64,000 bases of DNA from Eledone cirrhosa (Eukaryota). The position numbers and the translations under genes were made by a program. The notes beneath the pieces are model-generated. The model made no database searches. It worked only from the letters and a program-made list of their open reading frames with translations, and had not been told where the DNA came from. Each line of letters begins with the position of its first letter. Position 1 is the first letter of the stretch. Location: the NCBI GenBank assembly GCA_964016885.1, contig OZ024743.1:242296001-242360000 (forward strand), read 5' to 3'. Positions 29,501-50,500 of this stretch are shown piece by piece.

Positions 29501-32500
29501 ACTAGCATATTCATGATACACTCGCAACACATACACACAATGATATACACTAACATATACATGATACACTCGCAATACATACACACAATGATATACACTA
29601 ACATATACATCATACACTCGCAACACATACACACAGTGACATACACTAACATATACATGATACACTCGCAACACATACACACAATGACATACACTAACAA
29701 ATACATGATACACTCGCAACACATACACACAATGACATACACTAACATATACAGGATACACTCGCAACACATACACACAATGACATACACTAACATATAC
29801 ATGATACACTCGCAACACATACACAATGATATACACTAACATATACAAGATACACTCGCAACACATACACACAATGATATATACTAACATATACATGATA
29901 CACTCGCAACACACACACAATGACAAACACTAACATATACATGATACACTCGCAACACATAGACACAATGATATACACTAACATATATATGATACACTCA
30001 CAACACATACACACAATGACAGACACTAACATATACATGATACACTCGCAACACATACACACAATGATATACATGATACACTCGCAACACATACGCAATG
30101 ATATACACTAACATATACATGATACACTCGCAACACATACACACAATGATATACACTAACATATACATGATACACTCGCAACACATACACACAATGACAT
30201 ACACTAACATATACAAGATACACTCGCAACACATACACACAATGACATACACTAACATATACATGATACACTCGCAACACATACACACAATGACATACAC
30301 TAACATATACATGATACACTCGCAACACATACACACAATGACATACACTAACATATACATGATACACTCGCAACACATACACACAATGATATACACTAAC
30401 ATATACAAGATACACTCGCAACACATACACAATGATATACACTAACATATATATGATACACTCGCAACACATACACACAATGATATATACTAACATATAC
30501 ATGATACACACGCAACACACACACAATGACAAACACTAACATATACATGATACACTCGCAACACATAGACACAATGATATACACTAACATATACATGATA
30601 CACTCGCAACACATACACACAATGATATACACTAACATATACATGATACACTCGCAACACACACACAATGACATACACTAACATATACATGATACACTCG
30701 CAACACATACACACAATGACATACACTAACATATACATGATACACTCGCAACACATACACACAATGATATACACTAACATATACATGATACACTCGCAAC
30801 ACATACACACAATGACATAGACTAACATATACATGATACACTCGCAACACATACACACAATGACATACACTAACATATACAATGATATATACTAACATAT
30901 ACATGATACACTCGCAACACATACACAATGATATACACTAACATATACATGATACACTCACAACATACACACAATGATATACACTAACATATACATGATA
31001 CACTCGCAACACATACACAATGATATACACTAACATATACATGATACACTCACAACACATACACAAAATGATATACACTAACATATACATGATACACTCA
31101 CAACACATACACACAATGACATACACTAACATATACATGATACACTCGCAACACATACACACAATGATATACACTAAAATATACATGATACACTCGCAAC
31201 ACACACACAATGACATACACTAACATATACATGATACACTCGCAACACATACACACAATGACATACACTAACATATACATGATACACTCGCAACACATAG
31301 ACACAATGATATTTACTAACATATACATGATACACTCACAACACATACACACAATCACATACACTAACATATACATGATACACTCGCAACACATACACAC
31401 AATGATATACACTAACATATACATGATACACTCGCAACACACACACAATGACAAACACTAACATATACATGATACACTCGCAACACATACACACAATGAT
31501 ATACACTAACATATACAAGATACACTCGTAACACATACACAATGATATACACTAACATATATATGATACACTCGCAACACATACACACAATGATATATAC
31601 TAACATATACATGATACACACGCAACACACACACAATGACAAACACTAACATATACATGATACACTCGCAACACATAGACACAATGATATACACTAACAT
31701 ATACATGATACACTCGCAACACATACACACAATGATATACACTAACATATACATGATACACTCTCAACACATACACACAATGACATACACTAACATATAC
31801 ATGATACACTCGCAACACATACACACAATGATATACACTAACATATACATGATACACTCGCAACACATACACAAAATGACGTACACTAACATAAACATGA
31901 TACACTCGCAACACATAGACACAATGACATACACTAACATATACATGATACACTCGCAACACATACACACAATGACATACACTAACATATACATGATACA
32001 CTCGCAACACATACACACAATGACATACGCTAACATATACATGATACATTCGCAACACATACACACAATGACATACACTAACATATACATGATACACTCG
32101 CAGCACATACACACAACATATACACTAACATATACATGATACACTCGCAACACATACACACAATGACATACACTAACATATACAATGATATATACTAACA
32201 TATACATGATACACTCGCAACACATACACAATGATATACACTAACATATACATGATACAGTCACAACATACACACAATGATATACACTAACATATACATG
32301 ATACACTCGCAACACATACACACAATGATATACACTAACATATACATGATACACTCGCAACACATACACAATGATATACACTAACATATACATGATACAC
32401 TGGCAACACATACACACAATGACATACACTAACATATACATGATACACTGGCAACACATAGACACAATGATATACACTAACATATACATGATACACTCGC

Positions 32501-35500
32501 AACACATACACACAATGACATACACTAACATAAACATGATACACTCGCAATACATAGACACAATGACATACACTAACATATACATGATACACTCGCAACA
32601 CATACACACAATGACATACACTAACATATACATGATACACTCGCAACACATACAGAATGGCATACACTAACATAAACATGATACACTCGCAACACATACA
32701 CACAATGGCATACACTAACATATACATGATACACTCGCAACACAAAGACACAATGATATATACTAGCATATACATGATACACTCACAACACATACACACA
32801 ATGACATACACTAACATATACATGATACACTCGCAACACATACACACAATGATATACACTAACATATACAAGATACAGTCGCAACACATACACAATGATA
32901 TACACTAACATATACATGATACACTCGCAACACATACACACAATGATATACACTAACATATACATGATACACTCGCAACACACACACAATGACAAACACT
33001 AACATATACAGGATACACTCGCAACACATAGACACAATGATATACACTAACATATACAAGATACACTCGCAACACATACACAATGATATACACTAACATA
33101 TAGATGATACACTCGCAACACATACACACAATGATATACACTAACATATACATGATACACTCACAACACATACACACAATGACATACACTAACATATACA
33201 TGATACACTCACAACACATACAGACAATGACATACACTAACATATACATGATACACTCGCAACACATACACACAATGATATACACTAACATATACAAGAT
33301 ACACTCGCAACACATACACAATGATATACACTAACATATACATGATACACTCGCAACACATAGACACAATGATATATACTAACATATACATGATATACTC
33401 GCAACACATACACACAATGATATACACTAACATATACATGATACACTCGCAACACATACACACAATGACATACACTAACATATACATGATACTCTCGCAA
33501 CACATACACACAATGATATACACTAACATATACATGATACACTCGCAACACATACACACAATGACATACACTAACATATACATGATACACTCGCAACACA
33601 TAGACACAATGATATATACTAACATATACATGATACACTCACAACACATACACACAATGACATACACTAACATATACATGATACACTCGCAACACATACA
33701 CAATGATATACACTAACATATACATGATACACTCGCAACACATACACAATGATATACACTAACATATACATGATACACTCGCAACACATACACACAATGA
33801 TATATACTAACATATACATGATACACTCGCAACACACACACAATGACAAACACTAACATATACATGATACACTCGCAACACATAGACACAATGATATACA
33901 CTAACATATACATGATACACTCACAACACATACACACAATGACATACACTAACATATACATGATACACGCGCAACACATACACACAATGATATACACTAA
34001 CATATACATGATACACTCGCAACATATACACACAATGATATACACTAACATATACATGATACACTCGCAACACATACACACAATGATATACACTAACATA
34101 TACATGATACACTCACAACACATACACACAATGACATACACTAACATATACATGATACACTCGCAACACATACACACAATGATATACACTAACATATACA
34201 TGATACACTCGCAACACATACACACAATGATATACACTAACATATACATGATACACTCGCAACACATACACACAATGATATACACTAACATATACATGAT
34301 ACACTCACAACACATACACACAATGACATACACTAACATATACATGATACACTCGCAACACATACACACAATGACATACACTAACATATACATGATACAC
34401 TCGCAACACATACACACAATGATATATACTAACATATACATGATACACTCGCAACACATACACAATGATATACACTAACATATACAAGATACACTCGCAA
34501 CACATACACAATGATATACACTAACATATACATGATACACTCGCAACACATACACACAATGACATACACTAACATATACATGATACACTCGTAACACATA
34601 CACACAACGATATATACTAACATATACATGATACACTCGCAACACATAGACACAATGATATACACTAACATATACAAGATACACTCGCAACACATACACA
34701 ATGATATACACTAACATATACATGATACACTCGCAACACATACACACAATGATATACACTAACATATACATGATACACTCACAACACATACACACAATGA
34801 CATACACTAACATATACATGATACACTCATAACACATACAGACAATGACATACACTAACATATACAAGATACACTCGCAACACATACACACAATGATATA
34901 CACTAACATATACAAGATACACTCGCAACACATACACAATGATATACACTAACATATACATGATACACTCGCAACACATACACACAATGATATATACTAA
35001 CATATACATGATACACTCGCAACACATACACACAATGATATACACTAACATATACATGATACACTCGCAACACATACACACAATGACATACACTAACATA
35101 TACATGATACACTCGCAACACATACACACAATGATATACACTAACATATACATGATACACTCGCAACACATACACACAATGACATACACTAACATATACA
35201 TGATACACTCGCAACACATAGACACAATGATATATACTAACATATACATGATACACTCACAACACATACACACAATGACATACACTAACATATACATGAT
35301 ACACTCGCAACACATACACAATGATATACACTAACATATACATGATACACTCGCAACACATACACAATGATATACACTAACATATACATGATACACTCGC
35401 AACACATACACACAATGATATACACTAACATATACATGATACACTCGCAACACACACACAATGACAAACACTAACATATACATGATACACTCGCAACACA

Positions 35501-38500
35501 TAGACACAATGATATACACTAACATATACATGATACACTCACAACACATACACACAATGACATACACTAACATATACATGATACACTCGCAACACATACA
35601 CACAATGATATACACTAACATATACATGATACACTCGCAACACATACACACAATGATATACACTAACATATACATGATACACTCGCAACACATACACACA
35701 ATGATATACACTAACATATACATGATACACTCGCAACACATACACACAATGATATACACTAACATATACATGAAACACTCACAACACATACACACAATGA
35801 CATACACTAACATATACATGATACACTCGCAACACATACACACAATGACATACACTAACATATACATGATACACTCGCAACACATACACACAATGACATA
35901 CACTAACATATACATGATACACTCGCAACACATACACACAATGATATATACTAACATATACATGATACACTCGCAACACATACACAATGATATACACTAA
36001 CATATACATGATACACTCACAACACATACACACAATGGCATACACTAACATATACATGATACACTCGCAACACATACACACAATGATATACACTAACATA
36101 TACATGATACACTCGCAACACATACACACAATGATATACACTAACATATACATGATACACTCTCAACACATACACGCAATGACATACACTAACATATACA
36201 TGATACACTCGCAACACATACACACAATGATATACACTAACATATACATGATACACTCTCAACACATACACACAATTACATACACTAACATATACATGAT
36301 ACACTCGCAACACATACACACAATGACATACACTAACATATACATGATACACTCGCAACACATACACACAATGATATACACTAACATATACATGATACAC
36401 TCGCAACACATAGACAAAATGATATACACTAACATATACATGATACACTCGCAACACATACACACAATGACATACACTAACATAAACATGATACACTCGC
36501 AACACATAGACACAATGACATACACTAACATATACATGATACACTCGCAACACATACACACAATGACATACACTAACATATACATGATACACTCGCAACA
36601 CATACACACAATGACATACGCTAACATATACATGATACACTCGCAACACATACACACAATGACATACACTAACATATACATGATACACTCGCAGCACATA
36701 CACACAACATATACACTAACATATACATGATACACTCGCAACACATACACACAATGACATACACTAACATATACAATGATATATACTAACATATACATGA
36801 TACACTCGCAACACATACACAATGATATACACTAACATATACATGATACAGTCACAACATACACACAATGATATACACTAACATATACATGATACACTCG
36901 CAACACATACACACAATGATATACACTAACATATACATGATACACTCGCAACACATACACAATGATATACACTAACATATACATGATACACTGGCAACAC
37001 ATACACACAATGACATACACTAACATATACATGATACACTGGCAACACATAGACACAATGATATACACTAACATATACATGATACACTCGCAACACATAC
37101 ACACAATGACATACACTAACATAAACATGATACATCGCAATACATAGACACAATGACATACACTAACATATACATGATACACTCGCAACACATACACACA
37201 ATGACATACACTAACATATACATGATACACTCGCAACACATACACACAATGACATGCACTAACATATACATGATACATTCGCAACACATACACACAATGA
37301 CATACACTAACATATACATGATACACTCGCAACACATACACAATGACATACACTAACATATACATGATACACTCGCAACACATACACACAATGGCATACA
37401 CTAACATATACATGATACACTCGCAACACATACACACAATGACATACACTAACATATACATGATACAGTCGCAACACATACACACAATGATATACACTAA
37501 CATATACATGATACACTCGCAACACATAGACACAATGATATACACTAACATATACATGATACACTCGCAACACATACACACAGTGACATACACTAACATA
37601 AACATGATACACTCGCAACACATAGACACAATGACATACACTAACATATACATGATACACTCGCAACACATACACACAATGGCATACACTAACATATACA
37701 TGATACACTCGCAACACATACACACAATGACATACACTAACATATACATGATACACTCGCAACACATACACACAGTGACATACACTAACATATACATGAT
37801 ACACTCGCAACACATACACACAATGACATACACTAACAAATACATGATACACTCGCAACACATACACACGATGACATACACTAACATATACATGATACAC
37901 TCGCAACACATACACACAATGACATACACTAGCATATTCATGATACACTCGCAACACATACACACAATGATATACACTAACATATACATGATACACTCGC
38001 AATACATACACACAATGATATACACTAACATATACATGATACACTCGCAACACATACACACAGTGACATACACTAACATATACATGATACACTCGCAACA
38101 CATACACACAATGACATACACTAACAAATACATGATACACTCGCAACACATACACACAATGACATACACTAACATATACATGATAGACTCGCAACATATA
38201 CACACAATGACATACACTAACATATACATGATACACTCGCAACACATACACAATGATATACACTAACATATACAAGATACACTCGCAACACATACACACA
38301 ATGATATATACTAACATATACATGATACACTCGCAACACACACACAATGACAAACACTAACATATACATGATACACTCGCAACACATAGACACAATGATA
38401 TACACTAACATATATATGATACACTCACAACACATACACACAATGACAGACACTAACATATACATGATACACTCGCAACACATACACACAATGATATACA

Positions 38501-41500
38501 CTAACATATACAAGATACACTCGCAACACATACACAATGATATACACTAACATATATATGATACACTCGCAACACATACACACAATGATATATACTAACA
38601 TATACATGAAACACTCACAACACATACACACAATGACATACACTAACATATACATGATACACTCGCAACACATACACACAATGACATACACTAACATATA
38701 CATGATACACTCGCAACACATACACACAATGACATACACTAACATATACATGATACACTCGCAACACATACACACAATGATATATACTAACATATATATG
38801 ATACACTCGCAACACATACACAATGATATACACTAACATATACATGATACACTCACAACACATACACACAATGGCATACACTAACATATACATGATACAC
38901 TCGCAACACATACACACAATGATATACACTAACATATACATGATACACTCGCAACACATACACACAATGATATACACTAACATATACATGATACACTCTC
39001 AACACATGCACACAATGACATACACTAACATATACATGATACACTCGCAACACATACACACAATGATATACACTAACATATACATGATACACTCTCAACA
39101 CATACACACAATTACATACACTAACATATACATGATACACTCGCAACACATACACACAATGACATACACTAACATATACATGATACACTCGCAACACATA
39201 CACACAATGATATACACTAACATATACATGATACACTCGCAACACATAGACAAAATGATATACACTAACATATACATGATACACTCGCAACACATACACA
39301 CAATGACATACACTAACATAAACATGATACACTCGCAACACATAGACACAATGACATACACTAACATATACATGATACACTCGCAACACATACACACAAT
39401 GACATACACTAACATATACATGATACACTCGCAACACATACACACAATGACATACGCTAACATATACATGATACACTCGCAACACATACACACAATGACA
39501 TACACTAACATATACATGATACACTCGCAGCACATACACACAACATATACACTAACATATACATGATACACTCGCAACACATACACACAATGACATACAC
39601 TAACATATACAATGATATATACTAACATATACATGATACACTCGCAACACATACACAATGATATACACTAACATATACATGATACAGTCACAACATACAC
39701 ACAATGATATACACTAACATATACATGATACACTCGCAACACATACACACAATGATATACACTAACATATACATGATACACTCGCAACACATACACAATG
39801 ATATACACTAACATATACATGATACACTGGCAACACATACACACAATGACATACACTAACATATACATGATACACTGGCAACACATAGACACAATGATAT
39901 ACACTAACATATACATGATACACTCGCAACACATACACACAATGACATACACTAACATAAACATGATACACTCGCAATACATAGACACAATGACATACAC
40001 TAACATATACATGATACACTCGCAACACATACACACAATGACATACACTAACATATACATGATACACTCGCAACACATACACACAATGACATGCACTAAC
40101 ATATACATGATACATTCGCAACACATACACACAATGACATACACTAACATATACATGATACACTCGCAACACATACACAATGACATACACTAACATATAC
40201 ATGATACACTCGCAACACATACAGAATGGCATACACTAACATAAACATGATACACTCGCAACACATACACACAATGGCATACACTAACATATACATGATA
40301 CACTCGCAACACATACACACAATGACATACACTAACATATACATGATACAGTCGCAACACATACACACAATGATATACACTAACATATACATGATACACT
40401 CGCAACACATAGACACAATGATATACACTAACATATACATGATACACTCGCAACACATACACACAGTGACATACACTAACATAAACATGATACACTCGCA
40501 ACACATAGACACAATGACATACACTAACATATACATGATACACTCGCAACACATACACACAATGACATACACTAACATATACATGATACACTCGCAACAC
40601 ATACACACAATGACATACACTAACATATACATGATACACTCGCAACACATACACACAGTGACATACACTAACATATACATGATACACTCGCAACACATAC
40701 ACACAATGACATACACTAACAAATACATGATACACTCGCAACACATACACACGATGACATACACTAACATATACATGATACACTCGCAACACATACACAC
40801 AATGACATACACTAGCATATTCATGATACACTCGCAACACATACACACAATGATATACACTAACATATACATGATACACTGGCAATACATACACACAATG
40901 ATATACACTAACATATACATGATACACTCGCAACACATACACACAGTGACATACACTAACATATACATGATACACTCGCAACACATACACACAATGACAT
41001 ACACTAACAAATATATGATACACTCGCAACACATACACACAATGACATACACTAACATATACATGATACACTCGCAACACATACACACAATGACATACAC
41101 TAACATATACATGATACTCTCGCAACACATACACAATGATATACACTAACATATACAAGATACACTCGCAACACATACACACAATGATATATACTAACAT
41201 ATACATGATACACTCGCAACACACACACAATGACAAACACTAACATATACATGATACACTCGCAACACATAGACACAATGATATACACTAACATATATAT
41301 GATACACTCACAACACATACACACAATGACAGACACTAACATATACATGATACACTCGCAACACATACTCACAATGATATACATGATACACTCGCAACAC
41401 ATACGCAATGATATACACTAACATATACATGATACACTCGCAACACATACACACAATGATATACACTAACATATACATGATACACTCGCAACACATACAC

Positions 41501-44500
41501 ACAATGACATACACTAACATATACAAGATACACTCGCAACACATACACACAATGACATACACTAACATATACATGATACACTCGCAGCACATACACACAA
41601 TGACATACACTAACATATACATGATACACTCGCAACACATACACACAATGACATACACTAACATATACATGATACACTCGCAACACATACACACAATGAC
41701 ATACACTAACATATACATGATACACTCGCAACACATACACACAATGATATACACTAACATATACAAGATACACTCGCAACACATACACAATGATATACAC
41801 TAACATATATATGATACACTCGCAACACATACACACAATGATATATACTAACATATACATGATACACACGCAACACACACACAATGACAAACACTAACAT
41901 ATACATGATACACTCGCAACACATAGACACAATGATATACACTAACATATACATGATACACTCGCAACACATACACACAATGATATACACTAACATATAC
42001 ATGATACACTCGCAACACACACACAATGACATACACTAACATATACATGATACACTCGCAACACATACACACAATGACATACACTAACATATACATGATA
42101 CACTCGCAACACATACACACAATGATATACACTAACATATACATGATACACTCGCAACACATACACACAATGACATAGACTAACATATACATGATACACT
42201 CGCAACACATACACACAATGACATACACTAACATATACAATGATATATACTAACATATACATGATACACTCGCAACACATACACAATGATATACACTAAC
42301 ATATACATGATACACTCACAACATACACACAATGATATACACTAACATATACATGATACACTCGCAACACATACACAATGATATACACTAACATATACAT
42401 GATACACTCACAACACATACACAAAATGATATACACTAACATATACATGATACACTCACAACACATACACACAATGACATACACTAACATATACATGATA
42501 CACTCGCAACACATACACACAATGATATACACTAAAATATACATGATACACTCGCAACACACACACAATGACATACACTAACATATACATGATACACTCG
42601 CAACACATACACACAATGACATACACTAACATATACATGATACACTCGCAACACATAGACATAATGATATATACTAACATATACATGATACACTCACAAC
42701 ACATACACACAATCACATACACTAACATATACATGATACACTCGCAACACATACACACAATGATATACACTAACATATACATGATACACTCGCAACACAC
42801 ACACAATGACAAACACTAACATATACATGATACACTCGCAACACATACACACAATGATATACACTAACATATACAAGATACACTCGCAACACATACACAA
42901 TGATATACACTAACATATATATGATACACTCGCAACACATACACACAATGATATATACTAACATATACATGATACACACGCAACACACACACAATGACAA
43001 ACACTAACATATACATGATACACTCGCAACACATAGACACAATGATATACACTAACATATACATGATACACTCGCAACACATACACACAATGATATACAC
43101 TAACATATACATGATACACTCGCAACACACACACAATGACATACACTAACATATACATGATACACTCGCAACACATACACACAATGATATACACTAACAT
43201 ATACATGATACACTCGCAACACATACACACAATGACATAGACTAACATATACATGATACACTCGCAACACATACACACAATGACATACACTAACATATAC
43301 AATGATATATACTAACATATACATGATACACTCGCAACACATACACAATGATATACACTAACATATACATGATACACTCACAACATACACACAATGATAT
43401 ACACTAACATATACATGATACACTCGCAACACATACACAATGATATACACTAACATATACATGATACACTCACAACACATACACAAAATGATATACACTA
43501 ACATATACATGATACACTCACAACACATACACACAATGACATACACTAACATATACATGATACACTCGCAACACATACACACAATGATATACACTAAAAT
43601 ATACATGATACACTCGCAACACACACACAATGACATACACTAACATATACATGATACACTCGCAACACATACACACAATGATATACACTAACATATACAT
43701 GATACACTCGCAACACACACACAATGACAAACACTAACATATACATGATACACTCGAAATACATAGACACAATGATATACACTAACATATACATGATACA
43801 CTCACAACACATACACCCAATGACATACACTAACATATACATGATACACTCGCAACACATACACACAATGATATACACTAACATATACATGATACACTCG
43901 CAACACACACACAATGACATACACTAACATATACATGATACACTCGCAACACAAAGACAATGATATACACTAACATATACATGATACACTCGCAACACAT
44001 ACACACAATGATATACACTAACATATACATGATACACTCGCAACACATACACACAATGAGATACACTAACATATACATGATACACTCGCAGCACATACAC
44101 AATGATATACACTAACATATACATGATACACTCGCAACACATACACACAATGATATACACTAACATATACATGATACAGTCACAACACATACACACAATG
44201 ACATACACTAACATATACATGATACACTCGCAACACATACACACAATGATATATACTAACATATACATGATACACTCGCAACACATACACAATGATATAC
44301 ACTAACATATAAATGATACACTCACAACATACACACAATGATATACACTAACATATACATGATACACTCGCAACACATACACAATGATATACACTAGCAT
44401 ATACATGATACACTGGCAACACATACACACAATGACATACACTAACATATACATGATACACTCGCAACACATACACACAATGATATACACTAACATATAC

Positions 44501-47500
44501 ATGATACACTCGCAACACACACACAATGACAAACACTAACATATACATGATACACTCGCAACACATAGACACAATGATATACACTAACATATACATGATA
44601 CACTCACAACACATACACACAATGACATACACTAACATATACATGATACACTCGCAACACATACACACAATGACATACACTAACAAATACATGATACACT
44701 CGCAACACATACACACAATGACATACACTAACATATACAAGATACACTCGCAACACATACACACAATGATATACACTAACATATACATGATACACTCGCA
44801 ATACATACACACAATGATATACACTAACATATACATGATACACTCGCAACACATACACACAGTGACATACACTAACATAAACATGATACACTCGCAACAC
44901 ACATACACAATGATATACACTAACATATACATGATACACTCGCAACACATACACAATGATATACACTAACATATACAAGATACACTCGCAACACATACAC
45001 GCAATGATATATACTAACATATAGATGATACACTCGCAACACACACACAATGACAAACACTAACATATACATGATACACTCGCAACACATAGACACAATG
45101 ATATACACTAACATATATATGATACACTCACAACACATACACACAATGACAGACACTAACATATACATGATACACTCGCAACACATACACACAATGACAT
45201 ACACTAACATATACATGATACACTCGCAACACATACGCAATGACATACACTAACATATACATGATACACTCGCAGCACATACACACAATGACATACACTA
45301 ACATATACATGATACACTCGCAACACATACACACAATGACATACACTAACATATACATGATACACTCGCAACACATACACACAATGATATACACTAACAT
45401 ATACAATATACACTCGCAAAACATACACAATGATATACACTAACATATATATGATACACTCGCAACACATACACACAATGATATATACTAACATATACAT
45501 GATACACACGCAACACACACACAATGACAAACACTAACATATACATGATACACTCGCAACACATAGACACAATGATATACACTAACATATACATGATACA
45601 CTCGCAACACATACACACAATGATATACACTAACATATACATGATACACTCGCAACACACACACAATGACATACACTAACATATACATGATACACTCGCA
45701 ACACATACACACAATGACATACACTAACATATACATGATACACTCGCAACACATACACACAATGATATACACTAACATATACATGATACACTCGCAACAC
45801 ATACACACAATGACATAGACTAACATATACATGATACACTCGCAACACATACACACAATGACATACACTAACATATACAATGATATATACTAACATATAC
45901 ATGATACACTCGCAACACATACACAATGATATACACTAACATATACATGATACACTCACAACATACACACAATGATATACACTAACATATACATGATACA
46001 CTCGCAACACATACACAATGATATACACTAACATATACATGATTCACTCACAACACATACACAAAATGATATACACTAACATATACATGATACACTCACA
46101 CCACATACACACAATGACATACACTAACATATACATGATACACTCGCAACACATACACACAATGATATACACTAAAATATACATGATACACTCGCAACAC
46201 ACACACAATGACATACACTAACATATACATGATACACTCGCAACACATACACACAATGACATACACTAACATATACATGATACACTCGCAACACATAGAC
46301 ACAATGATATATACTAACATATACATGATACACTCACAACACATACACACAATCACATACACTAACATATACATGATACACTCGCAACACATACACACAA
46401 TGATATACACTAACATATACATGATACACTCGCAACACACACACAATGACAAACACTAACATATACATGATACACTCGCAACACATAGACACAATGATAT
46501 ACACTAACATATACATGATACACTCACAACACATACACCCAATGACATACTCTAACATATACATGATACACTCGCAACACATACACACAATGATATACAC
46601 TAACATATACATGATACACTCGCAACACACACACAATGACATACACTAACATATACATGATACACTCGCAACACATACACAATGATATACACTAACATAT
46701 ACATGATACACTCGCAACACATACACACGATGATATACACTAACATATACATGATACACTCGCAACACATACACACAATGACATACACTAACATATACAT
46801 GATACACTCGCAACACATAGACACAATGATATATACTAACATATACATGATACAGTCACAACACATACACACAATGACATACACTAACATATACATGATA
46901 CACTCGCAACACATACACACAATGATATATACTAACATATACATGATACACTCGCAACACATACACAATGATATACACTAACATATAAATGATACACTCA
47001 CAACATACACACAATGATATACACTAACATATACATGATACACTCGCAACACATACACAATGATATACACTAACATATACATGATACACTGGCAACACAT
47101 ACACACAATGACATACACTAACATATACATGATACACTTGCAACACATACACACAATGATATACACTAACATATACATGATACACTCGCAACACACACAC
47201 AATGACAAACACTAACATATACATGATACACTCGCAACACATAGACACAATGATATATACTAACATATACATGATACACTCACAACACATACACACAATG
47301 ACATACACTAACATATACATGATACACTCGCAACACATACACACAATGATATACACTAACATATACATGATACACTCGCAACACATACACACAATGATAT
47401 ACACTAACATATACATGATACACTCGCAACACATACACACAATGATATACACTAACATATACATGATACACTCGCAACACATACACACAATGATATACAC

Positions 47501-50500
47501 TAACATATACATGATACACTCACAACACATACACACAATGACATACACTAACATATACATGATACACTCGCAACACATACACACAATGACATACACTAAC
47601 ATATACATGATACACTCGCAACACATACACACAATGATATATACTAATATATACATGATACACTCGCAACACATACACAATGATATACACTAACATATAC
47701 AAGATACACTCGCAACACATACACAATGATATACACTAACATATACATGATACACTCGCAACACATACACACAATGACATACACTAACATATACATGATA
47801 CACTCGCAACACATACACCCAATGATATATACTAACATATACATGATACACACGCAACACATAGACACAATGATATACACTAACATATACAAGATACACT
47901 CGCAACACATACACAATGATATACACTAACATATACATGATACTCTCACAACATACACACAATGATATACACTAACATATACATGATACACTCGCAACAC
48001 ATACACAATGATATACACTAACATATACATGATACACTCACAACACATACACAAAATGATATACACTAACATATACATGATACACTCACAACACATACAC
48101 ACAATGACATACACTAACATATACATGATACACTCGCAACACATACACACAATGACATACACTAACATATACATGATACACTCGCAACACATAGACACAA
48201 TGATATATACTAACATATACATGATACACTCACAACACATACACACAATCACATACACTAACATATACATGATACACTCGCAACACATACACACAATGAT
48301 ATACACTAACATATAAAAGATACACTCGCAACACATACACAATGATATACTCTAACATATACATGATACACTCGCAACACATACACACAATGATATACAC
48401 TAACATATACATGATACACTCGCAACACATACACACAATGATATACACTAACATATACATGATACATTCGCAACACATACACACAATGATATACACTAAC
48501 ATATACATGATACACTCACAACACATACACACAATGACATACACTAACATATACATGATACACTCGCAACACATACACACAATGACATACACTAACATAT
48601 ACATGATACACTCGCAACACATACACACAATGATATATACTAATATATACATGATACACTCGCAACACATACACAATGATATACACTAACATATACAAGA
48701 TACACTCGCAACACATACACAATGATATACACTAACATATACATGATACACTCGCAACACATACACACAATGACATACACTAACATATACATGATACACT
48801 CGCAACACATACACACAATGATATATACTAACATATACATGATACACACGCAACACATAGACACAATGATATACACTAACATATACAAGATACACTCGCA
48901 ACACATACACAATGATATACACTAACATATACATGATACACTCACAACATACACACAATGATATACACTAACATATACATGATACACTCGCAACACATAC
49001 ACAATGATATACACTAACATATACATGATACACTCACAACACATACACAAAATGATATACACTAACATATACATGATACACTCACAACACATACACACAA
49101 TGACATACACTAACATATACATGATACACTCGCAACACATACACACAATGACATACACTAACATATACATGATACACTCGCAACACATAGACACAATGAT
49201 ATATACTAACATATACATGATACACTCACAACACATACGCACAATCACATACACTAACATATACATGATACACTCGCAACACATACACACAATGATATAC
49301 ACTAACATATAAAAGATACACTCGCAACACATACACAATGATATACTCTAACATATACATGATACACTCGCAACACATACACACAATGATATACACTAAC
49401 ATATACATGATACACTCGCAACACACACACAATGACAAACACTAACATATACATGATACACTCGCAACACATAGACACAATGATATACACTAACATATAC
49501 ATGATACACTCACAACACATACACCCAATGACATACACTAACATATACATGATACACTCGCAACACATACACACAATGATATACACTAACATATACATGA
49601 TACACTCGCAACACACACACAATGACATACACTAACATATACATGATACACTCACAACACATACACCCAATGACATACACTAACATATACATTATACACT
49701 CGCAACACATACACACAATGATATACACTAACATATACATGATACACTCGCAACACACACACAATGACATACACTAACATATACATGATACACTCGCAAC
49801 ACATACACAATGATATACACTAACATATACATGATACACTCGCAACACATACACACGATGATATACACTAACATATACATGATACACTCGCAACACATAC
49901 ACACAATGACATACACTAACATATACATGATACACTCGCAACACATAGACACAATGATATATACTAACATATACATGATACAGTCACAACACATACACAC
50001 AATGACATACACTAACATATACATGATACACTCGCAACACATACACACAATGATATATACTAACATATACATGATACACTCGCAACACATACACAATGAT
50101 ATACACTAACATATAAATGATACACTCACAACATACACACAATGATATACACTAACATATACATGATACAGTCACAACACATACACACAATGACATACAC
50201 TAAAAAATACATGATACACTCGCAACACATACACACAATGACATACACTAACATATACATGATACACTCGCAACACATACACACAATGATATATACTAAC
50301 ATATACATGATACACTCGCAACACACACACAATGACAAACACTAACATATACATGATACACTCGCAACACATAGACACAATGATATACACTAACATATAT
50401 ATGATACACTCACAACACATACACACAATGACAGACACTAACATATACATGATACACTCGCAACACATACACACAATGATATACACTAACATATACATGA